Shown here piece after piece: positions 23,400-35,387 of a stretch of 64,000 nt of DNA. Both the position numbers and the translations under genes were made by a program. The notes beneath the pieces were generated by a model. That model was not told the origin of the DNA. It was given only the letters and a program-made list of their open reading frames with translations, and searched no databases. Each line of letters starts with the position of its first letter. Positions within the stretch are counted from its first letter, which is position 1. The stretch is taken from positions 855,662 to 919,661 of the forward strand of contig NW_005434664.1 of the NCBI RefSeq assembly GCF_000315625.1, read 5' to 3'. This stretch comes from Guillardia theta CCMP2712 (taxonomy: Eukaryota > Protista > Cryptophyta).

Positions 23400-25060
23400 C
23401 TTTGCTTCTATCACTGCTCTCATCTCATCTCACCCTCCCACGAGCACGTCTCCTCATTCCTTTCGCAAGCTCTTCATCTTCTCCAGCCATATATTCCCTT
23501 CCAACCCCTCCCCTGTCCATGCCGCTGCTTCCCCCTCCTTCCTGCCGTCTTCCCGTCTACCATCTTAATTTCCCACTCCCGCCCTACCCCTACCTGACCG
23601 TCTACCCCTACCCCCTGCTAGACTGAGTTGTGTCTACCCGTTGCACTCACCCCACCCCCCCGGGTTCAACAAATTCCAAGTACCCCCTCAGTCCAAGGCA
23701 GTGTACCCACCCATGTACAACAATTCATGATACCCTCACCCCCAACTTACACCTTACTTGAACCCGTGTTTTTCAATTTTCACCCACCCCCACTGGATTT
23801 TGCAGGACCACCACTCACAGATATCTACCCCACCCTTCTGAATCCAATCAATGACCACCCACCTTCTAGACTCTCGGCTACAAAATCACCCCCTCTGACC
23901 CCACCTACAGATTCAAATTTTCTTCACCCCTACCCCCCTCAACTACACACCATGACCCCACCTTCCCTCCAAAACCAATTGCTCCTACACGTCATGGGTG
24001 GAACGTATCAGCCCTTAGGACCCCCACCCTCATTTCAACATTAGCTGTTAGGGGACCCCACCGTCAAAAACTGCAGTATGGATCACCCCTACCCTCGAGA
24101 TGTCACTACTGATAAGAGGACCCACCCCTGAAGATGACCCCTGACATTACCCCTTGCCTTCTTGTACCCTGCCTTTCGACCGCATGTAAAGACAAGGGGT
24201 GGAGCCATCGGCCCACCATTGGTGAGTGAGATGCACCCCCCCACCGAGGGCGATGGTCAACAAAGCCTATACAAGCTCTGCTTTTTCTCTAGTGAGATAA
24301 TAATCAATTCACCCTTACTCTTCACCATACTGCTCATGACTGCTACATGAAATTGACCCCCCTATACTACCCTCTCCACAATCGCACAACCAAAAAATAC
24401 CACCTACCCGTACCTACTATTGCTCATGGGAGAATATCTGTATACCCCAAGTATGTGGTTATTTTATATATCATCATAATGAGTTTGCCCTTACTCTTTA
24501 CCTTCTCTTTCAGAGCTTCTTGTGGCGACTCCCAACCCCTACCTCGAGCGACAAATATACTACCCCCACCTCCCTCAACAAATTCCTCATTGCGTTGTCC
24601 TGTGAATAAAACCCTACCTTCCCTCACACCACCCCTACCGTACAAAGGCCCCTTCCACGACATTGGACTACCCTATGTGTACATACCCCCACCTACCCAC
24701 TTTGCCCCCCCAGGTTGTCATGGTGTAGTAAAGCTGGGGCCGGTACTTACGACCCCAATATAGACCTCCCTGGATTGTTGGTCTTATCATCATACATATG
24801 TCCTACAGGCAGGTTTCCTAACACACTTGGTCTTAGAAAGATGCTACTTCGTAGCACTGGTGACAATATGGGAGGGGGTAGATAAAATAGTCCGGATGCT
24901 TCAGATTACATGGGCTAGTGTATCACATGGGTACCAGGCAAGGAGGGGTAGTCCTCTAACTACCCCTATGGTGGGGTTCTCGAATGGCAGAGATTACAAT
25001 CTTGAGATGGTAGGCGTAGCTCTTCCTAGGACCAATCTCACAGTATCTTGTTACGGCGAA
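23400..25060. repeat. ACCCC/GGGGT strand-skew domain, class II, copy 2
   Basis: About 1.35 kb dense in TACCCC/CACCCC, switching to GGGGTA-rich at ~24840; ORFs here are Pro-rich artefacts. Confidence 0.55.
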
Positions 25061-26089
25061 TAGGCTGACTTGGTATTATCACTCAGCTAGCAAGGTCCTA
25101 GGATGTAAGCGAGATTCAGCCAGATGAGGTCAGCAGCTCAGAAAGTTAGGGGATGGCCCGACACACAGACACTTCCAAAGAGCAAGTCCGCCTCGCCCCG
25201 ACTTGAACATGTGAAACATGCATGCACTGCGTGCGCCGGCGGCGAGCCGGTATGGACATCTCCGCAGGTCACTTTCAAGAGTTTCAGTTGAATACATCAG
25301 TTGAGAGTGGATCGGATGTCAGCGACTTCTAGACCTCAGAAAGCAGTTCATGATATCGGGCGCATTACTCAACTGTCAACAACGAGGAGGGGCCCAGTGA
25401 AGTCACTTTACAAAATCACTTTTGACAAGCAGATTGTTCTTGATATCTCGCCTGATCTTTTCAGACAATGGAAACTTCGGGAGAAAGATGGAACAAATCA
25501 AGCAAGCTAGCAGGTGACTATCGCGATGGGAAGGCAATTTTGAAAATGAAAGTTTTACACCACAGCTTAGCGAAATACTGCCACTGCAGTGTATTGCAGT
25601 GTTGCCGTCAAATTGAGGTAATTCGCGTCCAGTCAAGCTACTCTGCACGAAAGAATAGGCATTTGCAAATTTAATTCAAAGTGTTGCAAACTATCCGGAA
25701 GAAAAGCTCTCGGAAGGACTTGAACCTCCCCGTGGGCCTCAGACCCTTCAGAGCAAAAGATTCACACCTCATCAGAACCGGGTAGCCTCCCTCCTGCAAA
25801 TGCACGTTGGCAAATGTAGGAACGTTCATCTATGAAGGTCGAGTGCGAACACTCGAGTCTCCTGCATCCCGCTCAGGAGGAACCCGCGCAATTCGTCTTC
25901 TGAGGTGTGAGAGTCGTCTTGATTGGTTCATCAAAACGAGAGAATGTACTTTAGAAATGATCCTGTAAAGTACTGCACGCATACAGTCAGCATCAAGGTG
26001 GATGATGAGTACAAGAGAGGAGCAAGCAAGGAACAGCTTCACAGTTTTTGTCTTCACATCACAAAGGAAACATGTGCTTGTCCTCACCA

Positions 26090-26700
26090 GTCGTTACCCT
26101 CCCTGTGCTACGCTCTCCTTTTTATAGCCACTTCCCGCTCCCACCCTACCACCCAGGTCCAATCGATACTCTTCACCCCTACCCCTATCTTTGTCCAGAA
26201 TTGTTTCTGTAACCCTTTCATTCGATAACAAAGTTTACCGGTATTAAAGACCTGCTCATCACCCCACCCTCATCTGTAATCACCCCCACCTGGTTTTCTG
26301 TAGTGATGCACGTGCAGTTTACCCCCACCCCTCATCTCATATGCTTCCACCCACTGTCGGTGCTAAAAAAAACTGCACGTGTGAATATCGGTTACAGTCC
26401 GTTTCCATTAGTCGTTACGACCGTTTTCTTGATTGGCTCCGTCAATATTCCGTTGGCACCCAGTAGTCAATTTTGTTGCACAACTCAGGGTCTATAGTCA
26501 ATGTCGGTCCTCTAAAAGGGGGGGTACTTTGAGATACTTGAAGGGTGGGGTGATATTGACGGAGTCGGTAAGGGTAGGGTTGCATTGCTGTTTACTACCC
26601 TCCCAGAGACCATTATTTTGAGAGGAAAGGTAGGGGTAGGTACTGCTGTCCGGCTTTCCACAGTACCAGAGTGGCCGAGGGTCGTCCAACAACATTAGGC
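26090..26700. repeat. ACCCC/GGGGT strand-skew domain, class II, copy 3
   Basis: C-run arm 26090-26350, AT-richer centre, G-run arm 26510-26700. Confidence 0.55.
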
Positions 26701-27192
26701 TGCTTCCCATGCACAGGCAGAGGACGGTAAGATTATGCCAATGAAGTCGGGGAGGAGGAGGAAGAGGAGGACGAGGACGAGGAAGATGATAATCTGTGAT
26801 ATCTGAAAATGGATAGTCGTCTCTTGGTCGAGATAGGTGCGATATGTCGATGGAAGACGTGATGATAAAATGAAGCTCTTGCGATGAGGGCAGCGCAGGG
26901 ACGGATGATTACTTGTTGGATGATGTTTTCCCTTTGTGTCTATCGAAAATTATGTTGATGATTGTGTTTAAAACTGCGAACGAAGAGAACTTGCTCAATC
27001 AAGATCGTGTGTATGGTGTGTCATACATCAAGTTGGCAGCTAGTGAAGTCTACTATTTGTGTACTTCGATGCTGTGCTGCGGATAGACAGATTGAAATGG
27101 GCTCTGAGGAGCACATAAATCTCATGAACAAGATGGAACATGCGATCATGGATGTTGATATATTTCATGTACAGGCCTCAATCAAAACCGGG

Positions 27193-28486
27193 ATGCTCCG
27201 CCTAATAGTCAGCCATGGGGTCGCAGCCTTGATGTTGCTTCAGGTGTGCATGAAGTCGTTGCTATGTGTTGTAGAAGAGCGCCTGTAAGATGCTGTCAGA
27301 TGGCCTCCAGTGAAGCGTTTGTGCTGCGCACCACGGCGCTGAATTCCATTGCAACGCCGCGTTCAGGTCCTGTTGCTCCGAGTGAACCCCACACCTTGCT
27401 GAACCATGTTCAGTTTGCACAAGAAACCTGAAAGTCTGCAACTTGAAGTCGTCGCTATCACTACATAACAACGGTAGCCATGACTGACATGCTTGTTCTC
27501 TGCATGGTAACATGTCATTCTTGAAGATCCAATGACAAGGGCGCCATCCTTCCGCGTTCCCTCCAGGTGTGAAAATCCTCAGAGTCCCCAAGAAGTCCCT
27601 GACAGCAACATGCAGGCTAGAGAAGGAAGAAGCCATGGAGAGGATCATGGATGGAGTGGTGAGGAAGGTGGACCAGAGGACCAGCACTGGCTTCTACTCG
27701 TCCAAGAGTGGATCCCCTCTCATGAAGGCCGTGGACGCGGCGAAAGTTGCCGTTCACCTCCTGACCAGCTGGGTCGGTTTCGGTGCCTGGCTGATCCAGA
27801 CGACCCTCCAAGGGTCTGGCGCGCTCATGTCCGCAGCTCTGGACTTCCAGGCATTGCTGCTGGCGTACATCAGCGGGTACCCGATGGACGAAGCCTTCAG
27901 GAGGAAAGTGGTGCTTGCAAGGAGGAGGAAGGAAGATGACTCGATGGTTCTGCCCCTGCGGAGCACGCAGCGTCCTGTTGGTGACAGTCCAAAGGTGATG
28001 AGGCCAGCGACTGAGCTCAAGATTGCACGCGAGGTCAAGGTGGTGGAAACGGCTGCAGTACCTGCCATTGCACCATCGCCTGTACCAGCAGTGAAGGAGG
28101 TGGAAGTTGCGAAAGAGGGCGAGACCTTGAACCTCGTCAAGGATATTGGCTTCCTTGCCGGCTACCACATCAAGAGGATCTCCTCCCGTGTGATCAGCTC
28201 CTTCAGGCAACAGAATCCCTTTGGCCTCCAGGTGATAGCATCGCTCTTTCTTCATTGCTCCCGTCGTGCCTTGGAGATGTTTTCTTGCTGAGATTGCACT
28301 GCAGAACTCATCGCAGAACTCCAACGTTCAACCTCAAGGCAACCCGGTGAGGACAGGCTGGCCTTAACATCTTGACTGACGGTATGGACTGTAGCAACTC
28401 GTGTACAGTGCGATTGGGGTGGCGCTTTTGGCCGGTGCTGCTATGGCGGAGATGGCATCAAACAATTGATTGAGAAGGGAAAGTAA
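27193..28486 (+). CDS. Plastid-targeted hypothetical protein (bipartite leader)
   Basis: Phase-consistent 7-exon model: MLRLIVSHGVAALMLLQ|MASSEA-FVLRTTALNSIATPRS...PSR|LEKEEAMERIMDG...FGLQ|NSSQ...GNP|CDWGG...EKGK* (TAA 28484-28486). Confidence 0.7.
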
Positions 28487-28652
28487 CTCTGTGCAAGACC
28501 ATCATTATTTGTCATGCAGTTTTCCCTTGCAGAATCAGAGCGGAACCGACCAAAAAGAAAATGAAAGCAAACGCAGGCATGGAATGACCGATGGGGAAAG
28601 ATACAAACAATACTTGGCATCGACCTTTTTCCTTTTTTGAACGGCAGGGTGA

Positions 28653-29238
28653 AGGACACGAGGGGCAGCTGTGGTTTCATGGGCGAACCAGCAGCAGACG
28701 AAGCCTGGCGACAGCATGCAAGCTTAGTCGCATAATCAGGATAGGATACGGACAAGAAGGAGAAATAGAGCATGAGGAAGATGAAGAGAACAGACGGAGG
28801 AAAGAGGAGGAATGAGGGGCAGCTGTGGTTTCATGGGCGAACCAGCAGCAGACGAAGCCTGGCGACAGTGCACAAGCTCTTGATGCAGAAAACAACAGAA
28901 CGAGCAAAAAAATGTCGCAGAATCAGGATGGGGCACGGAGAAGGCGGAAGAAGAGGGACTGAGAAGGTTATGAAGCCAAAGGAAGACGGGGGAGGACACG
29001 AGGGGCAGCTGTGGTTTCATGGGCGAACCAGCAGCAGACGAAGCCTGGCGACGGCATGCAAGCTTAGTCGCATAATCAGGATAGGATACGGACAAGAAGG
29101 AGAAATAGAGCATGAGGAAGATGAAGAGAACAGACGGAGGAAAGAGGAGGAATGAGGGGCAGCTGTGGTTTCATGGCGAACCAGCAGCAGACGAAGCCTG
29201 GCGACGGCATGCAAGCTTAGTCGCATAATCAGGATAGG
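28653..29238. repeat. Complex tandem repeat: four copies of a ~53-bp core at 28660, 28814, 29000 and 29154
   Basis: Core GAGGGGCAGCTGTGGTTTCATGGGCGAACCAGCAGCAGACGAAGCCTGGCGAC; periods 154/186/154; spacers 1 and 3 near-identical. Confidence 0.92.
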
Positions 29239-29981
29239 AAGCCGGAAAAGCAAAGAGGAGGTTTGACCGTAAAAGAGACTAGGAGGAGGAGGAGGCGGAG
29301 GAGGAGGAGGAAGAGAGTATTCTACTGTGCTGTTTTGTATCGACTGGATGATTTTCATGCTTCGCGTTTCTTTTTGGTTCTTTTTTGTACTTTTACAGTA
29401 AACACTTTGCCTTAGACCGGGCCTACACCAAAGTGCCAAAAGATGTCGGGGGAAATGAGAGGAGGAGCAGGAGGAGAGGGGGGAGAAGGAGAAGCAGGAC
29501 AGATCAAGAGGATGTACAGAAGGAGGTGGAAGCGATACCTGTTGATAGGGCAGGACATGAGAGTAGTCCAGGGTTTTATTCTTCAAAGGTTGGACAAACA
29601 TACTTTCTTGTTGATGTGGATGTTGAATTTTGTTTTTAATGCTGCTGCTGCTGCTGCTGCAAATCCTGTGCTGCAAAGACAAAATCCAAGGAGACCAGAC
29701 GTTGAAAGAAGAGATGTTGAGATGAGAGATGGAACATCTACATCCCTGTCTTAATGTCTCTCTTCTTCCCTCCGCTTTCCCCAATGCTCTCTCCTCCCCC
29801 CTCCCCCCTCCCCCTCCCTCCCTCGCATATCTTCCTGCTATTTCTCATTCCTTCCTCTGCTCTTCTTCTCTCATCTCTTGCCTTCACGTTCGCGCATGAC
29901 ACTCTCCTCATCTACAGCGCCTCCCCCCCCCCCCCAACTCTGACCAGGAGGAAGCACTAATGGCCTCGGTCTCCTCGTCAG

Positions 29982-30553
29982 GAGAAAGTTTCTGGAAGGT
30001 GGAGGAGGTGAGGAGCCGTCGCTGAGCTGTGGGAGCGAGTGACAGTGACATCCCGCAGCTCGTCTCCTCCTTGACTCGAATCTTCACTCCATCCAACGAA
30101 CCAGACGCTTCGACCAAGACCAGGGAGTCCGAAGCACAGCAATCAGAACCTCCTGCCCTTCCTTCAGGGAGCCCCCCGGAGGACGAAGAGCAGGGGGGGG
30201 AGGAGGAGAGTCCAGTAATCTACTTCGCGTGCTACACGCTGCAGGGGCACAAGCGAGTGATTCCCATCTGTGAGGATCAGACCTACCAGGACTTCCTTGA
30301 CTTCGTCGAAAACGAGTTCGGCTCCAAGTTCTGGCCCAGCCTGGTGGAGCAGGCGTCCGGCTTCCGCAAGTACGTCCTGCATGACAATGACTTCGCATGG
30401 CTGTGCGAGTACGCGCAGCTCAACGGAGGATACGCGGACATTCAGCTAGAGGTAACGCCGGTGATGTGGCCGGACGAGTACGAGGAGTACTCGAAGCTCT
30501 TCAAGTTGGAGGGTGGGATGGAAGGGAAGGGAGGGAAGAGAAGACTGCACTGA
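29982..30553 (+). CDS. Hypothetical protein with PB1/ubiquitin-like-looking domain (3' exons; 5' end unresolved)
   Basis: Coding-like codon usage; YTLQGHKRVIPICEDQTYQDFLDFVENEFG resembles a PB1 beta-grasp start; acceptor CAG at 29981 with CTAAT branch site. Confidence 0.5.
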
Positions 30554-30657
30554 ATTAAACTTGAAGGAAGAAACGAGGAAAGGCAGACGGCAGAAGATAA
30601 ACAGAAGCAGAGCAGAGGGGGCAAGAGGACAGAGGGGCACTTGGACATTCGCCGATG

Positions 30658-33600
30658 CTAATCGCTCTCTTCGCTCTCTTCGCTCAATTGATACTCGCTG
30701 TCGTCTCCTAGGCTGTCGCTGTGAACCTCGACATTTGCTGTTTCGTCAACCCATCCCTCCTCCTCCTCCTCCTCCTCCTCCTCCTCCTCCTCCTCCTCCT
30801 CCTCCTCCTCATCGTCCTCGTCCTCGTCCTCATCCGACCATTCCAGCTCAACCCCCTCTGAGTCCCCATCGTCCGCATCGTCCCCCTCCTCTCCCTCCTC
30901 TCTTGCTGCAATGGCCCAGTCCCTCGCGTCGTAGCTGATCGCTCTCATCCACTCCCTCTGCTGCTTCGCCACGTCCTCTGGAGGCCATCTCTCCGCGTAC
31001 CCTGTCGACCTTGTCAGCCCCCGCCAGCGCTCGCGCCTCCTCCTACATAGAGGGCAGCATTTCCAGTGATCCAGGGAGTTTGGCTGCGTTTTAGCTTCCG
31101 TCACGTCTTGTGCCTTGAGCAAGAATGTCATTCTCAACGGAATCTGCGCGATTTCGTCGTAGAAGCCTGCTGCAGGTTCAGCATAGCCGCCGGCGCGTGT
31201 CGCTGGCACCTTGCGGTTTGATGAAAGACCCTCTCACGAACAAGTTCTGCCATAGCACGGAGCCTGAGGGAGAAACTTAGATGGAGCAAGACAAGACAAG
31301 ACTTGTCGAGGCTCCCAGGGGCACTCGGGGAGGAGGGGGGGGATGGCTGAAGAAGGGAGCGGGTGGAGGAAGATAAAGATCCAACTGGAAGACAAGAGCA
31401 ACTCACTGGTCAAGTCGAACTTGAAGGGATAAGTTCCCACGTTCATCTTGACGATGTCGAGAGAGTCCACGCCAACCTGCCGCTCAAGTAAGGACGTGAG
31501 GAGGGGGGGAGACAGCAGGAGGGGACAAGAGGAGGAGAGAGGAGAGAGGAGGAAGTGAGAGGAGGTGGGAACAAGAGAGGACAGGAGGTGGCGGAGAGAG
31601 CGAAACCGTCGGATGAAGCAGCAAGCTGAACTCTTTTTCTTGGATGTCACGAAAATTTGGAACGACTTCGAGGACAGACATGAAGCGATGGAGCTGATGA
31701 GAACGATGAGCGACGAACACCCGAGGGTAGAGGAAGAAGGCGACGGAAGATGGGGAAAAGGGCAAGAGGTAGTGAGAAGAGAGAACAACAAAGTGCGGGA
31801 GAGTGAGCGGGAGAAAATAAGGAGGACGAGGACAGAGCGAGCAGGAGCAAGAAACTACTTTTCCATTCTTCGTGAAGAAGAGCACAGGGAAGGTATTGTC
31901 CAATCTCAAACCACATCCTATCTGCAACATCCCACCATCAGTCCCCCTGCAAATGAGCACAGGGAGCAAGCAAACTGTCTTACCGTGTCTCCAGGACCGA
32001 AGCAACAATCTTCAAACGTGGAAAGATTGTTGTGAAAGAACCTGCTCCTGACGTCACAAAGCTGTTTACATCCCCTCTCCCCTCTCCTCCTATTCTCTCT
32101 TTCACCTCCCGTCATCCGAGTGGATAGCTGCTGACATGCCATCCCATCCCGGCTGCTTTCTCCGCATTTGCTAAGGAGGAGGCAGCGAGGGAGGTCGAGA
32201 GTCAGCCAGCCCGACGAAGCAGCAGGAACTCTCACCTTGGTCCATGAGGACACGCTCAGCCCACAGGCAACGCACCAGGGAGACGTCTGGTGTCGATCCT
32301 TTCCTTCCCTGCATCCTACCCCGTCACCTCCTCCCCTCTCCCTCTATCCTTCCCGCTCACCTGGCAACGACGGTGATCTCGAAGTACCTCACGGGCAGCA
32401 AGTCGAGGATCATCTCCCTCGGCGTCAAGTCCGAGTCCTGCGGCTTGCTGGTGGAGCTCATGACCTGCCTCTCAGCCGCCCGCGTCCTCCCTCCCGCCGA
32501 TCGCTCTGCCCTCTGGTGCACCCAGGAGGAATCTTTCCAAGGCTCCGACAACTCCACTTCGTCGGCGAAGCTGACTACCTGAGGAGAGGTGAGACGGGGA
32601 GGCACAGGAGAGTGAGAGATGCCGACCGGTTGTAGAAGCCTTCGTCGAAGAGGAGGAGGAGGAGGAGGAGGAGGAGGAGGAGGAGGAGGAGGAGGAGGAG
32701 GAGGAGGGAGAAGCAACAGGTGAGCAACCGCAGACCTCGAGACAAACATGCACAAACCTTGGATCCTTCCAAGCTGATCGATACCACTCGGTCAACACTT
32801 CCGCAAACTCTTGTCTGCTGGTGTGATAAACAACGGTGTATCGGAGAGCAAGCTTAGTAGAACCTTTCTTTCAGCAACCTTCGCTTCTTCTTCTCTGCAT
32901 CGTTGGGCTCTATCGCATCCGAACCATCGAACTGCAAGGGAAGCAGTCAGCCCTCCTGGCCCTGTCAAGGCTCTCAATCACCAGAAACTCATTGTATTCT
33001 AGGTACTGCTGGATCTGCTCAGGAACTCTGGCAGGAAAGAAAATCGTCAGAGGGTTGTGCGTCGAAATTTTCCTTTCTCTCACTCCGGATGCTTCCTGTA
33101 GGTCACGTGCCACGGCATCCCCGACCTCAGGGATCGGTCTCCTCCGATCGCACCGCAGTAGCGGATCATGAACTGGTGGATTGAAGGCGTTCAGAACGAG
33201 TTCATGGGGACTTCAGCCAGTGCCACCTCCTTGGTATACGGCTCTCGGCACACCCTGACGCGATTGCTGTAGTTCCTGTGTTGAGTTGAGTGACAAACAA
33301 TGCTCCGGTCCTGAGCTCACATGAAGTAGTCTCCCCTGGTCGAGACTCCACTAGGTTGCGTGAAGACATTGGAGACCATCTCGACTTGCTGCCATGGTCG
33401 TCAGCGGCGCCCCACGGAACTCACATGTAGAGCAAATGGAATGAGATTGTGACATCAGGATGGTGATGATAAGAGAGAGAGTTGGAACATGAGGCGACAG
33501 AAGGGAGCGAAGTGGTTTTGACGAGACAGGAAGCAAAAGCTGCGAAAAAAGATCAGGAATGCATGTCATTACATGCAACAGCCGTGCTACGTCGCGCCAT

Positions 33601-34110
33601 CCCCCAAGACTTTCTCGCAGCTGCCAAAATCTTCATAAAACTCGGAGGATGTGTACAAGGGAATCACCGTGATACGAGAACCAAAGCGAAAGACATGGTT
33701 CAAGGTTGGTAGGTGAATGCATAGAATCTACAGCAAGTCAGCTCCAGGCAAACTTGTGGTGATCACACAGCGGCTAAACGAGTGATCGGCATGCACGGAA
33801 GACAGAACAAACAAGAAGTATGATCGCTGTCAAAGTCTATACAAGCAACCCTCACCTTCCAAATGGCATCCTGCATGAACATGGCATTGAATACTTTGCA
33901 TGTTCCCGCCAGGAGCGGAACGACGGCCAAGGAGGAGGAGAGCTCAAATCCTTTCAAAAGCTTCTTGTGAAAGGGGAAGGTGAGATGGTGCAATATGACG
34001 ATCAGACTCTCTTCAGGAAGGTCTGGCAGCAGGATGGTGGGCAGCTCAGGGACCGTGTGCTTTGTCGAGCTGGTGCTCCTTGTGGAGCGCTTTGCGCCAC
34101 CCCTCCCCAT
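30658..34110 (-). CDS. F-box + SPRY domain protein with acidic tail
   Basis: N-terminal LPDLPEESLIVILHHL...LAGTCKVFN...DAIWK (F-box). SPRY motifs YFEITV, QPGWDGMSAAIHSDDGRFF, FGPGDT/IGCGL, LFFTKNGK and LHPTVGVDS...MNVGTYPFKFD. Middle joins not all traced. Confidence 0.7.
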
Positions 34111-34429
34111 GGTGTCTGTTGCGACGGAAGGATCTCAACAAGTTTCAAGGGCTTCACGGTGAGGATCAAGATGGAGGGGGGATGGAGAGCTGCGGTCACA
34201 GCGAGTCAGGGGAACTGCGCGACTGAGAAAACAAGTCGAGGGAAACGCCATTCAATTGAGGTGCTTGACGTTTGACATGTGCAAGGTTGCAACAGCATGC
34301 AGGTTGAACATGGTTGTGACGCAGGAAGTGGAGCAGGAGCAGAAGCAATATTATGACGAGGTGGAGGTGGTGGTGAAGGTGGAGCAGGAGCAGGAGCAGG
34401 AGCAGGAGGATGAGGAGACCGATGAGGAG

Positions 34430-34677
34430 CAGCTAGATGAGGTGGTAGATGATGAGGAGGTGGAGGAGATAGTGGAGGAGGAGATAGAGGAGGAGATAGA
34501 GGAGGAGGCGGAGGAGGAGATAGAGGAGGAGGAGATAGATGAGGTGGTGGTGGAATAGAGGAGGACTTAGAGGAGGAGATAGAGAAGGCGGAGGAGGAGG
34601 AGGAGATAGAGGAGGAGGTAGAGGAGGAGGAGATAGAGGAGGAGGAGGAGGAGGAGGAGGAGGAGGAGGAGGAGGAT
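34430..34677. repeat. Degenerate (GAG)n microsatellite
   Basis: GAG/GAGATA runs. Confidence 0.85.
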
Positions 34678-34749
34678 GCGCAGGGAAAGTGGGGAGAGCT
34701 GCTGCCTAACACTCATTGAGCCGCAATCAACATCATGATCAACATCAAC

Positions 34750-35340
34750 ATGTCACCCTGAGTGAATTTTGAGTAGCTATCCCGGCGTATACCGTACCGT
34801 CCGGTCGGGCCAGGCAGCGCCGCGGCCGGGCGGCGGCCCGCGGCCGCCGGGCGGGCGGCCGGGCCCGGCCCGGAGAGTCCCGGCCGCCGACCGTCGGACT
34901 CGCCGGATTCCGAAGTTCACTGACCATCGGAGCTCCGGGAGTCAAATCGTCGGACTCGGTGATTCGGACTCCGAGTGACTGTGACTCAGGACTTCGCTTC
35001 AAGCCTCCAAGGCTCCGCAAGTGACGGCACCGTGACTCCGGGGGCGGCCGGGCACGCGGCACTGCACTCGGGGCACGCGGCCGCGGCAACCGTTGAACCG
35101 TGAACCGTCACGGGCCCGGGGTGAACAGCCGGCGGCGTGCCACTGCATGATGCTGCGGCTTAGTGAAGATCCGCTGAGCCTACTACGTCGAGGAGGCTTG
35201 ACCGCCCGGTACTAGTACTACTGAGTGACGGCGCCGCCGCGCCGGCCCGGGATGAAGGCCGCTAGTACCCCCGGGTCGCTGGCACCCGGTGATCCCCTCA
35301 GGGGCCTGCCCGGGCCGCGCCGGGCCTATCACCGGATTAA
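34750..35340. promoter_or_regulatory. GC-rich intergenic island, class I, copy 3 (between divergent genes)
   Basis: GACCGTCGGACTCG 34889, TGACTCA 34982, CACCGTGACTC, GTTGAACCGT 35092. Confidence 0.5.
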
Positions 35341-35387
35341 ATAAATTGATTTAGCTGGCAGAGTTTCTTCTCCGACAACTGCCCGGG

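Noticed and set aside
23373-24763. Pro-rich ORFs or interstitial telomere
   Set aside because: Pro-richness follows from C-runs, and there is no fixed-period telomeric unit
28653-29238. CRISPR-like repeat-spacer array
   Set aside because: Eukaryotic context, repeats and spacers too long, spacers related or identical to each other, no cas genes
30000-30030. In-frame TGA (possible selenocysteine/readthrough) in MASVSS...RR*AVGASD
   Set aside because: Explained by a 38-nt GT-AG intron with a different upstream frame (EKVSGRWR|SDIPQ)
31565-32035. Plausible-looking + strand 156-aa ORF
   Set aside because: Antisense to SPRY-domain exons and introns that carry the conserved motifs
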